Shown here piece by piece: positions 36,123 to 46,102 of a stretch of DNA of 64,000 nt. The position numbers and the translations under genes were made by a program. The notes under the pieces are model-generated. The model made no database searches, had not been told where the DNA came from, and saw nothing but the letters and a program-made list of their open reading frames with translations. The stretch's first letter is position 1, and each line of letters begins with the position of its first letter. This stretch comes from an uncultured Clostridia bacterium (GTDB taxonomy: Bacteria > Bacillota > Clostridia > Oscillospirales > Oscillospiraceae): contig CAMKGX010000004.1 in assembly GCA_946412355.1 (NCBI GenBank), forward strand, positions 476 through 64,475, read 5' to 3'.

Positions 36123-37549
36123 GCCTGCGCCTCCTTGGTCTTGCCCTGCACCAGATAGCTGCCGCCGCCGGACTTGGTCAGCGCCTCCATGGGCACCCCC
36201 AGCTCCCGGCACAGCAGCGCCATCACCTTGGGGGAGCAGAAGCCGCCCTGGCACCGGCCCATCCCGGCCCGGCACCGCCGCTTCACGCCGTCCAGCGACC
36301 GTGCGCCCCGGTGAATGGCCTCCACGATCTCGCCCTCACTGATGCCCTCGCAGCGGCAAATCACGTTGCCGTAGGCGGGGTTCTCCGCCACCAGGGCGGC
36401 CCGCTTTTCAAAAGTCATCTCCCGCAGATGGGGAATGTCCCGGCGGGTGGGGTCGAAATCCGCCTTTTCGGCGGCGCGGAGCTTTTCCGCCACCGCCTTT
36501 GCCAGATGCCGGCCGATGGCGGGGGCGGAGGTGAGGCCGGGGCTCTCGATGCCCAGTGCCTCAAAGAAATTCTCGGCGCTCTCGCCGATGACGAAGTCGT
36601 CGGTCTCCGCCAGATGGGCCCGCAGCCCGGCAAAGCTGGTGATCACGTCCCGCACCGGCAGGTTCGGCACGCTGCGTCCGGCGGTGGACAGCACCGTGTC
36701 CAGCCCGGCGGCGGAGGTGGCCACGCTGTCCCTGTCCTCCTGGTCGGTGGCGGTGGGGCCCAGCAGCAGGTTGCCGTGTACCGTGGGGCTCACCAGAATG
36801 CCCTTGCCCATGGCGGAGGGCAGCTGGAAGATGGTGCGGTCCACGATCTTGCCGTCCTTCTTGTCCAGCAGACAGTATTCGCCCCGGCGGGGCACGGTGT
36901 GGTACTGCTTGTGGCACAGCTGGTTGTGCAGCGTGTCGCCGTGTACCCCGGCGCAGCTCACCACCACCTTTGCCGCCATGTCGCCCCGGGAGGTGTGCAC
37001 GGTGAAGTGGTCGCCGGTGCGCTCGATGCGCTCCACGGCGGTGTCAAATTGGAACCGGCAGCCGTTTTTCCGGGCGTTTTCATAGAAGGCGATGGTCATA
37101 CCGAAGGGGCACACAATGGCGCTGGTGGGGGCGTACAGCGCGGCGTACACCTTGTCCGACAGGGCCGGCTCCTTCTTCCGCAAGGCGTCGCCCCACAGGA
37201 TCTCCAGGCCCTGGACGTGGTTTTTCTTCCCCCGCTGGTGCAGCTCCCGCAGCCGGGGCATGTCCGCCTCGTCGAAGCACAGCACCAGGGCGCCGTTGCG
37301 CCGGTAGTCAAAGTCCAGCTCCCGGCTCAGCCCCTCCATCATCTCGCTGCCTTCCACGTTGAAGCGGGCCTTCAGCGTGCCGGGGGCCGCGTCAAAGCCG
37401 GCGTGAACGATGGCGCTGTTGGCCTTGGAGGTGCCCACGCACACATCCTCGCCCCGCTCCACCAGACACATATTTAATTGGTATCGGCTCAGCTCCCGCG
37501 CCACCGCGCAGCCCACCGCGCCGCCGCCCACAATGAGCACGTCGTACAT
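36119..37549 (-). CDS. FAD-dependent oxidoreductase, GlpA/LhgO-like, with C-terminal BFD-type [2Fe-2S] domain
   Basis: GGGAVG, TSKANSAIVHAG, SPGLTSAPAIG, CRCE...RAGMGRCQGGFC. Confidence 0.88.
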   Translation of the reverse strand: MYDVLIVGGGAVGCAVARELSRYQLNMCLVERGEDVCVGTSKANSAIVHAGFDAAPGTLKARFNVEGSEMMEGLSRELDFDYRRNGALVLCFDEADMPRLRELHQRGKKNHVQGLEILWGDALRKKEPALSDKVYAALYAPTSAIVCPFGMTIAFYENARKNGCRFQFDTAVERIERTGDHFTVHTSRGDMAAKVVVSCAGVHGDTLHNQLCHKQYHTVPRRGEYCLLDKKDGKIVDRTIFQLPSAMGKGILVSPTVHGNLLLGPTATDQEDRDSVATSAAGLDTVLSTAGRSVPNLPVRDVITSFAGLRAHLAETDDFVIGESAENFFEALGIESPGLTSAPAIGRHLAKAVAEKLRAAEKADFDPTRRDIPHLREMTFEKRAALVAENPAYGNVICRCEGISEGEIVEAIHRGARSLDGVKRRCRAGMGRCQGGFCSPKVMALLCRELGVPMEALTKSGGGSYLVQGKTKEAQA

Positions 37550-37595
37550 ATTCCATTCCTCCACTGGCGAAAAATCGCCTTAAATCACGCTTTGT

Positions 37596-37624
37596 AGCAT
37601 AACAAAAGCCCTCTGCAAAGTCAA
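37596..37624 (-). promoter_or_regulatory. Sigma-A promoter for the oxidoreductase trio
   Basis: TTGACT-17 bp-TATGCT with TGn, on the minus strand. Confidence 0.6.
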
Positions 37625-37808
37625 GCCGCGCCGCCGCCAAAAGGCGAAAAAACGCCGACCCTCCCGACAAAAACCGTCGCTTCGCGCACTTTTCCGCCGC
37701 CATGGGGCGGTGAAGCCCGACGCAGGCCCCATAATTATGAATAATTTGTGACTTTAGCCAATTCATTGGGGTTTTTATTGTGGGAATGGCAAAAAAATGA
37801 TTGAGAAC

Positions 37809-37837
37809 TTGACAAATTTTTTGGTCAAGACTACAAT
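37809..37837 (+). promoter_or_regulatory. Sigma-A promoter for the NhaC-type gene
   Basis: TTGACA-17 bp-TACAAT. Confidence 0.7.
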
Positions 37838-37872
37838 GATACTACCAATTTAATGAGGAGGTAAATCTCATA

Positions 37873-39552
37873 ATGGAAAAGAAGAGTACGAAAATCGCAT
37901 ACGGCGTAGCCCTGTGCGTCATCGTCGTGCTGCTGGTCGCCCTGAAGTTCCTGTACCCCGACGGCGTGTACGGAACCGTGTGGAGCCTGCTGCCCCCGGC
38001 GGTGGCTATCATCCTGGCGCTCATTAGCAAGGAAGTGTATTCCTCTCTGTTCCTGGGCGTGCTCGCCGGCTCTCTGCTGGTGGCCAACTTCCGCCCCTGG
38101 GATACCGTCCGTGTGTTCATCGGCGGCGGCGAGGATGAGTTCGGCAACGGCCTCATCAGCAACATCGGCGATGGCTGGAACGTTGGTATTCTGATCTTCC
38201 TGGTGATTCTGGGCATCATGGTGGACCTGATGAACAAGGGCGGCGGCTCCGCTGCCTTCGGTCGTTGGGCCAAGAAGACCGTGCATACCCGCGCCGGCGC
38301 ACAGCTGATGACCATGCTGCTGGGCGTGCTGATCTTCATCGACGACTATTTCAACTGCCTGACCGTGGGCTCCGTGATGCGTCCCGTCACCGAGAGCCAC
38401 AAGATCTCCCGGGCCAAGCTGGCCTACGTCATCGACGCCACTGCCGCCCCCGTCTGCATGCTGGCTCCCGTGTCCTCTTGGGCCGCCGCCGTGGCCGGCT
38501 ACGTGGATGACAGCTACGTCTCCGGCATCCAGATGTTCATTCAGCAGATCCCCTATAACTACTACTGCCTGCTGACCCTGGTGATGATTATCGTCATCTC
38601 CCTGCTGAACATCGACTACGGCCCCATGCTGACCCATGAGTACAACGCCCAGGTGAAGGACGACCTGTTCACCACCGAGCATCGTCCCTTCGCCGGCGCC
38701 GACAACTATGAGGAAGGCAACGGCAAGTCCTCCGTGCTGGATCTGATCCTGCCCGTGGTGGTGCTGATTGTCATGTGCATCATCGGCATGATCTACACCG
38801 GCGGCTTCTGGGACGGCGAGACCTTCATGGACGCCTTCGCCAATGCTGACGCCTCTGTCGGCCTGTGCCTGGGCTCCATCGTGGCCCTGGTGTTCACCTT
38901 CATCTACTTCTGGCTGCGCAAGGCCATCTCCTTCGAGAAGAGCTTTGAGTCCGTGCCCAACGGCTTCATCCAGATGGTCAGCCCCATTCTGATCCTCTGC
39001 TTCGCCTGGACCCTGGGCGCTATGACCAAGGGCGGCCTGGGCTCCGGCGACTTCGTGCAGAACCTGCTGGCTGACGCCGACGCGCTGATGAACTTCCTGC
39101 CCGTCGTCATCTTCCTGCTGTCCTCCATCATCGCCTTCGCCACCGGTACCTCCTGGGGCACCATCGGCATCATGGCTCCCATTGTCTGCCAGGTGTTCGA
39201 CTACGGCACCAATCCCACCCTGTGCGTCATCGGCCTGGCTGCCTGCTGCGCCGGCGGCGTGTGCGGCGACCACTGCTCCCCCATCTCCGATACCACCATC
39301 ATGGCGTCCGCCGGTGCCCACTGCTACCACATCAACCACGTGGCCACCCAGCTGCCCTATGCCATCACCGTGGTGTGCGTCAGCGCCGTTGGCTTCCTGA
39401 TCGCCCCCTTCATCAAGAGCTGGCCCATCTGCCTGGCCATTGAGATCGTCCTGATGGTCTGCGTCCTGCTGGTCATCAAGGCTATCGTGGCCAAGAAGCA
39501 CGCCGGCATCTTCGAGGAAATGGCAAAGGCCGACAAGGCCCTGGCCAAGTAA
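37873..39552 (+). CDS. Na+/H+ antiporter NhaC family transporter
   Basis: FIDDYFN, DATAAPVC, FATGTSWGT, GDHCSPISDTT. Confidence 0.9.
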   Translation: MEKKSTKIAYGVALCVIVVLLVALKFLYPDGVYGTVWSLLPPAVAIILALISKEVYSSLFLGVLAGSLLVANFRPWDTVRVFIGGGEDEFGNGLISNIGDGWNVGILIFLVILGIMVDLMNKGGGSAAFGRWAKKTVHTRAGAQLMTMLLGVLIFIDDYFNCLTVGSVMRPVTESHKISRAKLAYVIDATAAPVCMLAPVSSWAAAVAGYVDDSYVSGIQMFIQQIPYNYYCLLTLVMIIVISLLNIDYGPMLTHEYNAQVKDDLFTTEHRPFAGADNYEEGNGKSSVLDLILPVVVLIVMCIIGMIYTGGFWDGETFMDAFANADASVGLCLGSIVALVFTFIYFWLRKAISFEKSFESVPNGFIQMVSPILILCFAWTLGAMTKGGLGSGDFVQNLLADADALMNFLPVVIFLLSSIIAFATGTSWGTIGIMAPIVCQVFDYGTNPTLCVIGLAACCAGGVCGDHCSPISDTTIMASAGAHCYHINHVATQLPYAITVVCVSAVGFLIAPFIKSWPICLAIEIVLMVCVLLVIKAIVAKKHAGIFEEMAKADKALAK

Positions 39553-39586
39553 GCGAAGAGACCTTTGCTTGCCGAAGTGACATAAC

Positions 39587-39622
39587 AAAAGAAGCGCCCC
39601 GGACAACCGGGGCGCTTTTCTT
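39587..39622 (+). terminator. Intrinsic terminator
   Basis: AAAAGAAGCGCCCCGG-ACAA-CCGGGGCGCTTTTCTT. Confidence 0.8.
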
Positions 39623-39691
39623 GTGGAATGAATACTGAATGAGGACCACCGCCAAGGCCGGGTGAATGGTGAACGGAAGCGATGACCATGC

Positions 39692-40200
39692 GTAGGGCGC
39701 GACGACCCGGCGCGCCGCACCCAGGCGCGAACACCGTCAAGGCCGGGTGAATGGTGAACGGTGGCAATTTCCTCCGTAGGGGCGCTTCATGAAGCGCCCG
39801 TTTGCACGGCGGCGGGGTCGCTGAAAGGCAGGTTGGTTGCGGAGGGGTACGATGATTCCGTAGGGCGCGACGACCCGGCGCGCCGCCCCGGCAGCGTCCG
39901 CCGCCCTGCCCGGATAAATGGCACCCAGGCACAACAACAATTCGTAGGAGCGGGGCTTACCCCAAGGGCACTGGCTCCACCGACTGCTCATTCTTCGCAG
40001 GGTGTCGCTGGCGCTGCTCCGCCCTATGCCGTCCCGCACCCGGGCCGGGGGAGGACAGGGTCGTCCTCCCCTACGAACAAAATGCCAACCGCCCGCAAAC
40101 AGCCCGCCTTTTGTAAAACCAGCCACCGGGCAAGGCGGGACACATAGGTCCCGCCCTACGGAGAAATGACGCGCCCTCTCCGTAGGGCGGCACCTGCGTG
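39692..40200. repeat. Intergenic REP-like array with exact 84-bp phasing
   Basis: GTAGG units at 39692, 39776, 39860 and 39944; further inverted and direct units to ~40195. Confidence 0.85.
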
Positions 40201-40285
40201 TCTCGCCAATACGGCAGCGCCGCCCCGCCGATAAAGAAACAGGGAGGAGCAGAGCCCCTCCCTTACATTATTCATCATTCATTTT

Positions 40286-41353
40286 TCAATCTTCGATCCC
40301 CTCAATGGTCCCGCCGCCCAGCACCTCTTCGCCGTCGTACAGCACCGCTGCCTGGCCGGGTGTCATGGCCCGCTGTGGCTGGTCAAAGGTGAGGCGCAGC
40401 GTGCCGTCGGGCAGGGGAAAGGCGGTGGCGGTGGCCTCCCGCTGGCTGTACCGCGTTTTGGCGGTGCAGCGGATGGGTCCGCCGGGAATGGGGATGATCC
40501 AGTTCACGTGGGAGGCCGTCAGCGTGCGGTGCATCAGCCTGCCGTTGTCCCCCAGGGTGACCGTGTTCGTTTCCGGGTCCTTGTCCAGCACGTACACGTG
40601 GCGGCCCAGGGCGATGCCCAGGCCCTTGCCCTGTCCGGTGGTGTAGCAGGGCAGCCCCTTGTGGCGGCCCAGCACATTGCCCGCCTCGTCCACAAAGTCG
40701 CCGGGGGTCAGCGTCACGCCGCTGCGCTGCAGAAAGCCCACGTAGTCCCCGTCCGGCACGAAGCAGATGTCCTGACTGTCGGGCCGGTCGGCGTTGGTGA
40801 GCCCTGCCTCCCGGGCCAGCGCCCGGATGGCGGGCTTGTCGTAGTCCCCCAGGGGCAGCAGCAGGTGGGCAAGCTGGGCCTGGGTGAGCTGATAGAGCAC
40901 ATAGGTCTGGTCCTTGCTGCGGTCCGCGGCCCGCAGCAGCCGGTAGCGGCCCGCCGCGGCGTCGTATGCCACCCTCGCGTAGTGCCCGGTGGCGATGTAG
41001 TCATACCCCAGGGTGAGGGCCCTGTCCAGCAGGGCGCCGAATTTCAGGCAGCGGTTGCAGTCGATGCAGGGGTTGGGGGTGCGCCCGGCGCAGTACTCCG
41101 CCACAAAGCGGTCCATCACGTCTTTTTGGAACCGCTCCGTCTCGTTGAACACGTAAAAGGGCATCCCCAAACGGCAGGCCACGGCCCGGGCGTCGTCGGC
41201 GGCGTCGGCGGAGCAGCACTTGCCGTCCTCGCCGGGGAATAATTTCAGCATGGCCCCGGCACATTGATACCCGGCGCGCTGCAGCAGCAGCGCAGCGGCG
41301 GAGCTGTCCACCCCGCCGGACATGGCGATGAGCACTTTCTTCGTTTGCGGCAT
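40286..41353 (-). CDS. mnmA: tRNA 2-thiouridine(34) synthase MnmA
   Basis: AMSGGVDS, TPNPCIDCN, ATGHYA, KDQTY, DSQDICF, PGQAAVLY. Confidence 0.96.
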   Translation of the reverse strand: MPQTKKVLIAMSGGVDSSAAALLLQRAGYQCAGAMLKLFPGEDGKCCSADAADDARAVACRLGMPFYVFNETERFQKDVMDRFVAEYCAGRTPNPCIDCNRCLKFGALLDRALTLGYDYIATGHYARVAYDAAAGRYRLLRAADRSKDQTYVLYQLTQAQLAHLLLPLGDYDKPAIRALAREAGLTNADRPDSQDICFVPDGDYVGFLQRSGVTLTPGDFVDEAGNVLGRHKGLPCYTTGQGKGLGIALGRHVYVLDKDPETNTVTLGDNGRLMHRTLTASHVNWIIPIPGGPIRCTAKTRYSQREATATAFPLPDGTLRLTFDQPQRAMTPGQAAVLYDGEEVLGGGTIEGIED

Positions 41354-41476
41354 GGAAAACACCTCCGGCGAAATGGAATGAATCATGGCGGTATCCGCTG
41401 CGCGGGTAGACTATAATGCCGCGCAGCAGCCACCTAAATTATTCATTCTTCAGTTTTCTGTATTTATTAAAACGAG

Positions 41477-41722
41477 ACAGCGCCGCCCAGGCGCTGTCAG
41501 ATTGTCAATAAGCATCGCAGATTTCGCGCCTCGCAAGGCGCGAACCCATGAAATCGAAAAAACTGACGACATGCGCGTCAGTTTTTTCACTTCTCAGGCT
41601 ACGAAGTGTGCGAATTGTGCGCCAAAGGCGCACGATTCGTGCGCGTAGTAGACTGCAACCCCATTGTCAAAAAACGGCTATGCCGTTTTTTGACAGGCTC
41701 ACAGCGCCGCCCCGGCGCTGTT
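41477..41722. repeat. Structured dispersed repeat, copy 2 (MITE-like)
   Basis: Core 41510-41658 matches 8657-8790; bracketed by ACAGCGCCGCCC(A/C)GGCGCTGT at both ends. Confidence 0.7.
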
Positions 41723-41729
41723 TCGTCAC

Positions 41730-42563
41730 TCAGTCCAGCTTTTCCGCGGTAAAGGCGGTGTAGGGCAGGGCGTCAGACAGGGCCAGCAGCACCCGACTGT
41801 GGCCGCCGGCGTAATCCCCCGCCGTCTGGCGCAGCTCGCCGCTCTCTACCCGGCGGTCCGGCAGCGCCACGGTGACGGTGGTGCCCTCTCCCTCCCGGGA
41901 ATCCAGCATCAGCCGACCGCCGTGGGCCTCGGCGATGGCCCGGCACAGGGGCAGCCCCAGCCCCACGCCGTATTGGGCGGGGTCGGGGGCGAAGCCGTGG
42001 TGCCACCGGTCAAACACGGTGTCCATCCGGTCCTCCGGAATGCCGCAGCCGGTGTCGGACACCGTCAGCAGCAGTTGGGCCCCGGCCCGGCGCACCGTCA
42101 CGGTGACGGCCCCGCCGGCAGGGGTGAATTTCAGCGCGTTGCTCAGAAGATTCCAGAGGAGCCTGTCCATCTGCTCCCGGTCCAGACCCACGATGTGGCC
42201 CGTCAGGTCGCAGCGCCAGCTAAGGGCCACGCCCTTTTCCCGGAACAGGCCCTCGGCCTCTGCACAGCGCTCCTCCAGCCAGCGGTCCACGGCCACGTTG
42301 GCCTTGCGCGGCACCGCCTCGCCCGCCAGCAGCCCGGCGGCGGAGAGCTGGTCGGCCAGGCGCATCATGCGGTAGTAGCTCTGCTGCAAAATGGCGGCGG
42401 ACCGCTGCTCCCGCTCCCCGGCGTCCTCCGGCAGCAGCCACTGTAAGGCAAGGCCGATATTGTTCAGCGGCAGCCGCATCTGCCGGGCCACCGACGCCAG
42501 TATTTCATGGAGCGTCTGCTCCCTGTTCTCCTCCACGGCCTGCGCCTCCTCTCTACCCTCCAT
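41730..42563 (-). CDS. Orphan histidine-kinase-like protein (HATPase_c) without sensor domain or H-box His
   Basis: N-box NLLSNALKFT, G1 DTGCGI, G2 GVGLGL; H-box region reads SVARQMRLPL. Confidence 0.8.
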   Translation of the reverse strand: MEGREEAQAVEENREQTLHEILASVARQMRLPLNNIGLALQWLLPEDAGEREQRSAAILQQSYYRMMRLADQLSAAGLLAGEAVPRKANVAVDRWLEERCAEAEGLFREKGVALSWRCDLTGHIVGLDREQMDRLLWNLLSNALKFTPAGGAVTVTVRRAGAQLLLTVSDTGCGIPEDRMDTVFDRWHHGFAPDPAQYGVGLGLPLCRAIAEAHGGRLMLDSREGEGTTVTVALPDRRVESGELRQTAGDYAGGHSRVLLALSDALPYTAFTAEKLD

Positions 42564-42731
42564 CTTGCCCCGCGCCAGGGCGATTTTCCCATGGAAAGAT
42601 GGGGATTTACGGCCATATCATACCAAATGGCCGGGGAAAAAACAAGGCATTTGTCGTCTTTTGCCGAAATCGGCCCTCCAATGAAATTTTTTTCAGAAAA
42701 GGTATTGCATTTTTGCGAAAATCGCATATAA

Positions 42732-43793
<1,062 letters not shown>

Positions 43794-43972
43794 TTTGCGT
43801 CGCAAGGCCAAATTTATATCCGCTATCTGAGTTTTCCTTCTTTTGTTCCGGGAATTACGCCGTCTATTCAGACGGCGTTTTTCCTTTTGAGAAAATTTTT
43901 CCAAAAGGGGTACCATAATACACAAATGTATGGTACAATAGGTACAAGAGAACATTCTGCGAAAGCGAGGGC

Positions 43973-44761
43973 ATGAGCCTTATGGATGTCAATCCCATTC
44001 TGCGGGAGCATCTGTCGCTGGACAGCGACATCCCGCTGTATACCCAGCTGGTGGGCATCATCAAGCGCAATATCTCCACCGGCGTCATGCAGGTGGGCGA
44101 CCTGATGCCCAGCGAGGCGGAGCTGTGCCGGGCCCTGGGCATCAGCCGCAACACGGTGCGCCAGGCCATCGGCGAGCTGGAGGATGAGGGCTTGGTGGTG
44201 CGCAAGCGGGGCCGGGGCACCTTCGTGGCCGACCCGGCCACCAATCCCCGAGGCGTGCGCTACTCCTTCACCACGGAGATCAACTCCATGGGCAAGACCC
44301 CCAGCAATACCCTGGTGGATTTCCGGGTCATCGAACAGCCGGAGCCCCACATCTGCCAGCGGATGGAGCTGCGCAGCGGCACGCCGGTGTATTGCTTCAC
44401 CCGCGTCCGCAACGTGGACGGCCAGCCTCTGATTTTGGAGACCAGCTACTATCCCCAGTACACCTATCCCCAGCTTTCCCGGGAGCTGGTGGAGACCCAC
44501 AGCTTTTACAGCCTCCTCTACCACATGGGCATCACCCCCTTCTCCGCCGAGGAGAGCTACGAGGCGGTGACGGTGTCCGGCCGGGAGGCGGAGCTGCTGC
44601 AGGTGCCGTCCGGCAGTTGCGCCTTCTACCACCAGCGCCGCACCCGCACCGAGGACGGCCGGGTGTACGAGTACACCTGCAGCTTCATCCGGGGCGACCG
44701 GGTGCATCTCAACGTGAAGATGCAAAAAAGCGGCGTCAGCTTCATGCGCACAGTGGACTGA
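43973..44761 (+). CDS. GntR family (HutC/UTRA) transcriptional regulator
   Basis: PSEAEL, ISRNTVRQA, RGRGTFV, C-terminal UTRA domain. Confidence 0.92.
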   Translation: MSLMDVNPILREHLSLDSDIPLYTQLVGIIKRNISTGVMQVGDLMPSEAELCRALGISRNTVRQAIGELEDEGLVVRKRGRGTFVADPATNPRGVRYSFTTEINSMGKTPSNTLVDFRVIEQPEPHICQRMELRSGTPVYCFTRVRNVDGQPLILETSYYPQYTYPQLSRELVETHSFYSLLYHMGITPFSAEESYEAVTVSGREAELLQVPSGSCAFYHQRRTRTEDGRVYEYTCSFIRGDRVHLNVKMQKSGVSFMRTVD

Positions 44762-44789
44762 CCGTGGCGGACAATGGAATACAGCCAGA

Positions 44790-44819
44790 AGGGAGGAGCA
44801 ACGCTCCTCTCTTTTTTTG
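44790..44819 (+). terminator. Intrinsic terminator
   Basis: GAGGAGC-AAC-GCTCCTC followed by a T-run. Confidence 0.65.
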
Positions 44820-45073
44820 ATAAGAGAAAAGAGAAGAGGGAAGAGAAAAGGTGTCCGCTGCGCGGACGGATTTTAAAGGACGGCATCGCCTTCTCCTTGG
44901 GGGAATGTAAGAGTGCGATAAACGGCGGAAACGATGGGGCACCAATAGGAGGGAAACGATACTGCGCGGGGCAGGCAAAAGAATGGAACGGAGTTCTGTT
45001 AAGAACGAAAGATGCTTTTTTAGCGAAAAGGAAGCGCAAAAAAGCAAGGAATACCGCGGCCTTTCGGGTTTTC

Positions 45074-45320
45074 ATGCCGGAATTTGCCACAGGTTAAAAC
45101 GGAAGAAATGCCGTGTAATGCCGCCGATAGAAAAGGAGGAAAAGCCGGAAAAAGCGCAGCATGGAAACAAACAGAATGCCGGGATCGGCTTACGCAGAAA
45201 AGAGAGAAAATGCCGGGTAATGCTACCATATAAAACGGACAAAATGCCGGAATATCCGCTGGGAATGGGTTCGGCAATTTGTCTAAAACTGAGGACTAAA
45301 TGCCGGAATTTGCCGCTTTA
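45074..45320 (+). repeat. Degenerate 34-bp tandem array with an ATGCCG core
   Basis: Cores at 45074, 45108, 45142 (AAGCCG), 45176, 45210 and 45244; one off-phase copy at 45300. Confidence 0.8.
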
Positions 45321-45406
45321 TACTATCCTGTGAGCGCCTTTGCGGCGGGATGCGCTGCCTGCGCAGCGCACTGTGTGGCGGCGATGGGGGGAGACGAAAA
45401 TCCGGC

Positions 45407-45435
45407 TTGTATAAAATGGCCATTCGTGGTAAACT
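45407..45435 (+). promoter_or_regulatory. Promoter of the DUF4160 pair
   Basis: TTGTAT-17 bp-TAAACT with TGn. Confidence 0.55.
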
Positions 45436-45461
45436 GAAAGCGAGAAAGGCGGGTGTTTTCC

Positions 45462-45734
45462 ATGATGTATCCATTTTTGCAGATCGACGGCGATACGGAA
45501 ATTGTGCACTCTGAAATGCTTCCCGGCGGGGAAGTGAAGGTATATGTAGAGAAGCCTGACGCAAAGGACGGTTTTCATCATGCCACCTGTTTTCTGCCGA
45601 CCTATCGCTGGGAGGACATTCAGGGCTTTTCCGCGAAAGAGATTGACCGGTACCAGGAGGTCATCGAGTCGACCGCGCATTTGATTATGGAGTTTGCACA
45701 GACAGGAGGCTTCGACCATGCCGCAGGTCTTTAA
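45462..45734 (+). CDS. Small acidic protein, putative antitoxin partner of DUF4160
   Basis: MMYPFLQIDGDTEIVHS..VKVYVEKPDAKDGFHHA; AAAGG RBS; overlaps the next gene by 17 nt. Confidence 0.7.
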   Translation: MMYPFLQIDGDTEIVHSEMLPGGEVKVYVEKPDAKDGFHHATCFLPTYRWEDIQGFSAKEIDRYQEVIESTAHLIMEFAQTGGFDHAAGL

Positions 45735-45996
45735 GATCGGCGCCTACTGGGTGTATTTCTGGGCAAATGAGAATGAGCCGTTAGAGCCGGTGCACGTTCA
45801 CATTTCGGAGGGGGCACCGGTGGCGAATGGTACAAAAGTATGGATTACAAAGTCCGGAAAATGCCTGCGGTGCAATAACGACTCTCATATCCCTGAAAAA
45901 GTGCTGCGGAACATCATCAGAGTGATTGAAGCGCGCAGCGGCGAAGTCATCGAAAAGTGGGTGGACTTCTTCGGCGAGGCAACATTTTTTTGTTGA
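45718..45996 (+). CDS. DUF4160 domain protein (putative toxin)
   Basis: YWVYFWANENEPLEPVHVH..TKVWI resembles the DUF4160 motif; GGAGG RBS. Confidence 0.75.
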   Translation: MPQVFKIGAYWVYFWANENEPLEPVHVHISEGAPVANGTKVWITKSGKCLRCNNDSHIPEKVLRNIIRVIEARSGEVIEKWVDFFGEATFFC

Positions 45997-46020
45997 TGCT
46001 GCCCACGTCATGAGCATATA

Positions 46021-46066
46021 AAACCCACCCCCGCTTTCAGAATGAAAGCGGGGGTGGGTCTGTTTT
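46021..46066. terminator. Bidirectional intrinsic terminator
   Basis: ACCCACCCCCGCTTTCA-GAA-TGAAAGCGGGGGTGGGT between convergent genes. Confidence 0.8.
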
Positions 46067-46102
46067 ATGGGAAATGACGGTGCGGCACTTGCCGCCAAAG
46101 AG

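Noticed and set aside
24325-41353. Clustering of tRNA-related genes (thiI, ileS, mnmG, mnmA)
   Set aside because: They are in separate transcription units on both strands with unrelated genes between; ordinary core-genome layout.
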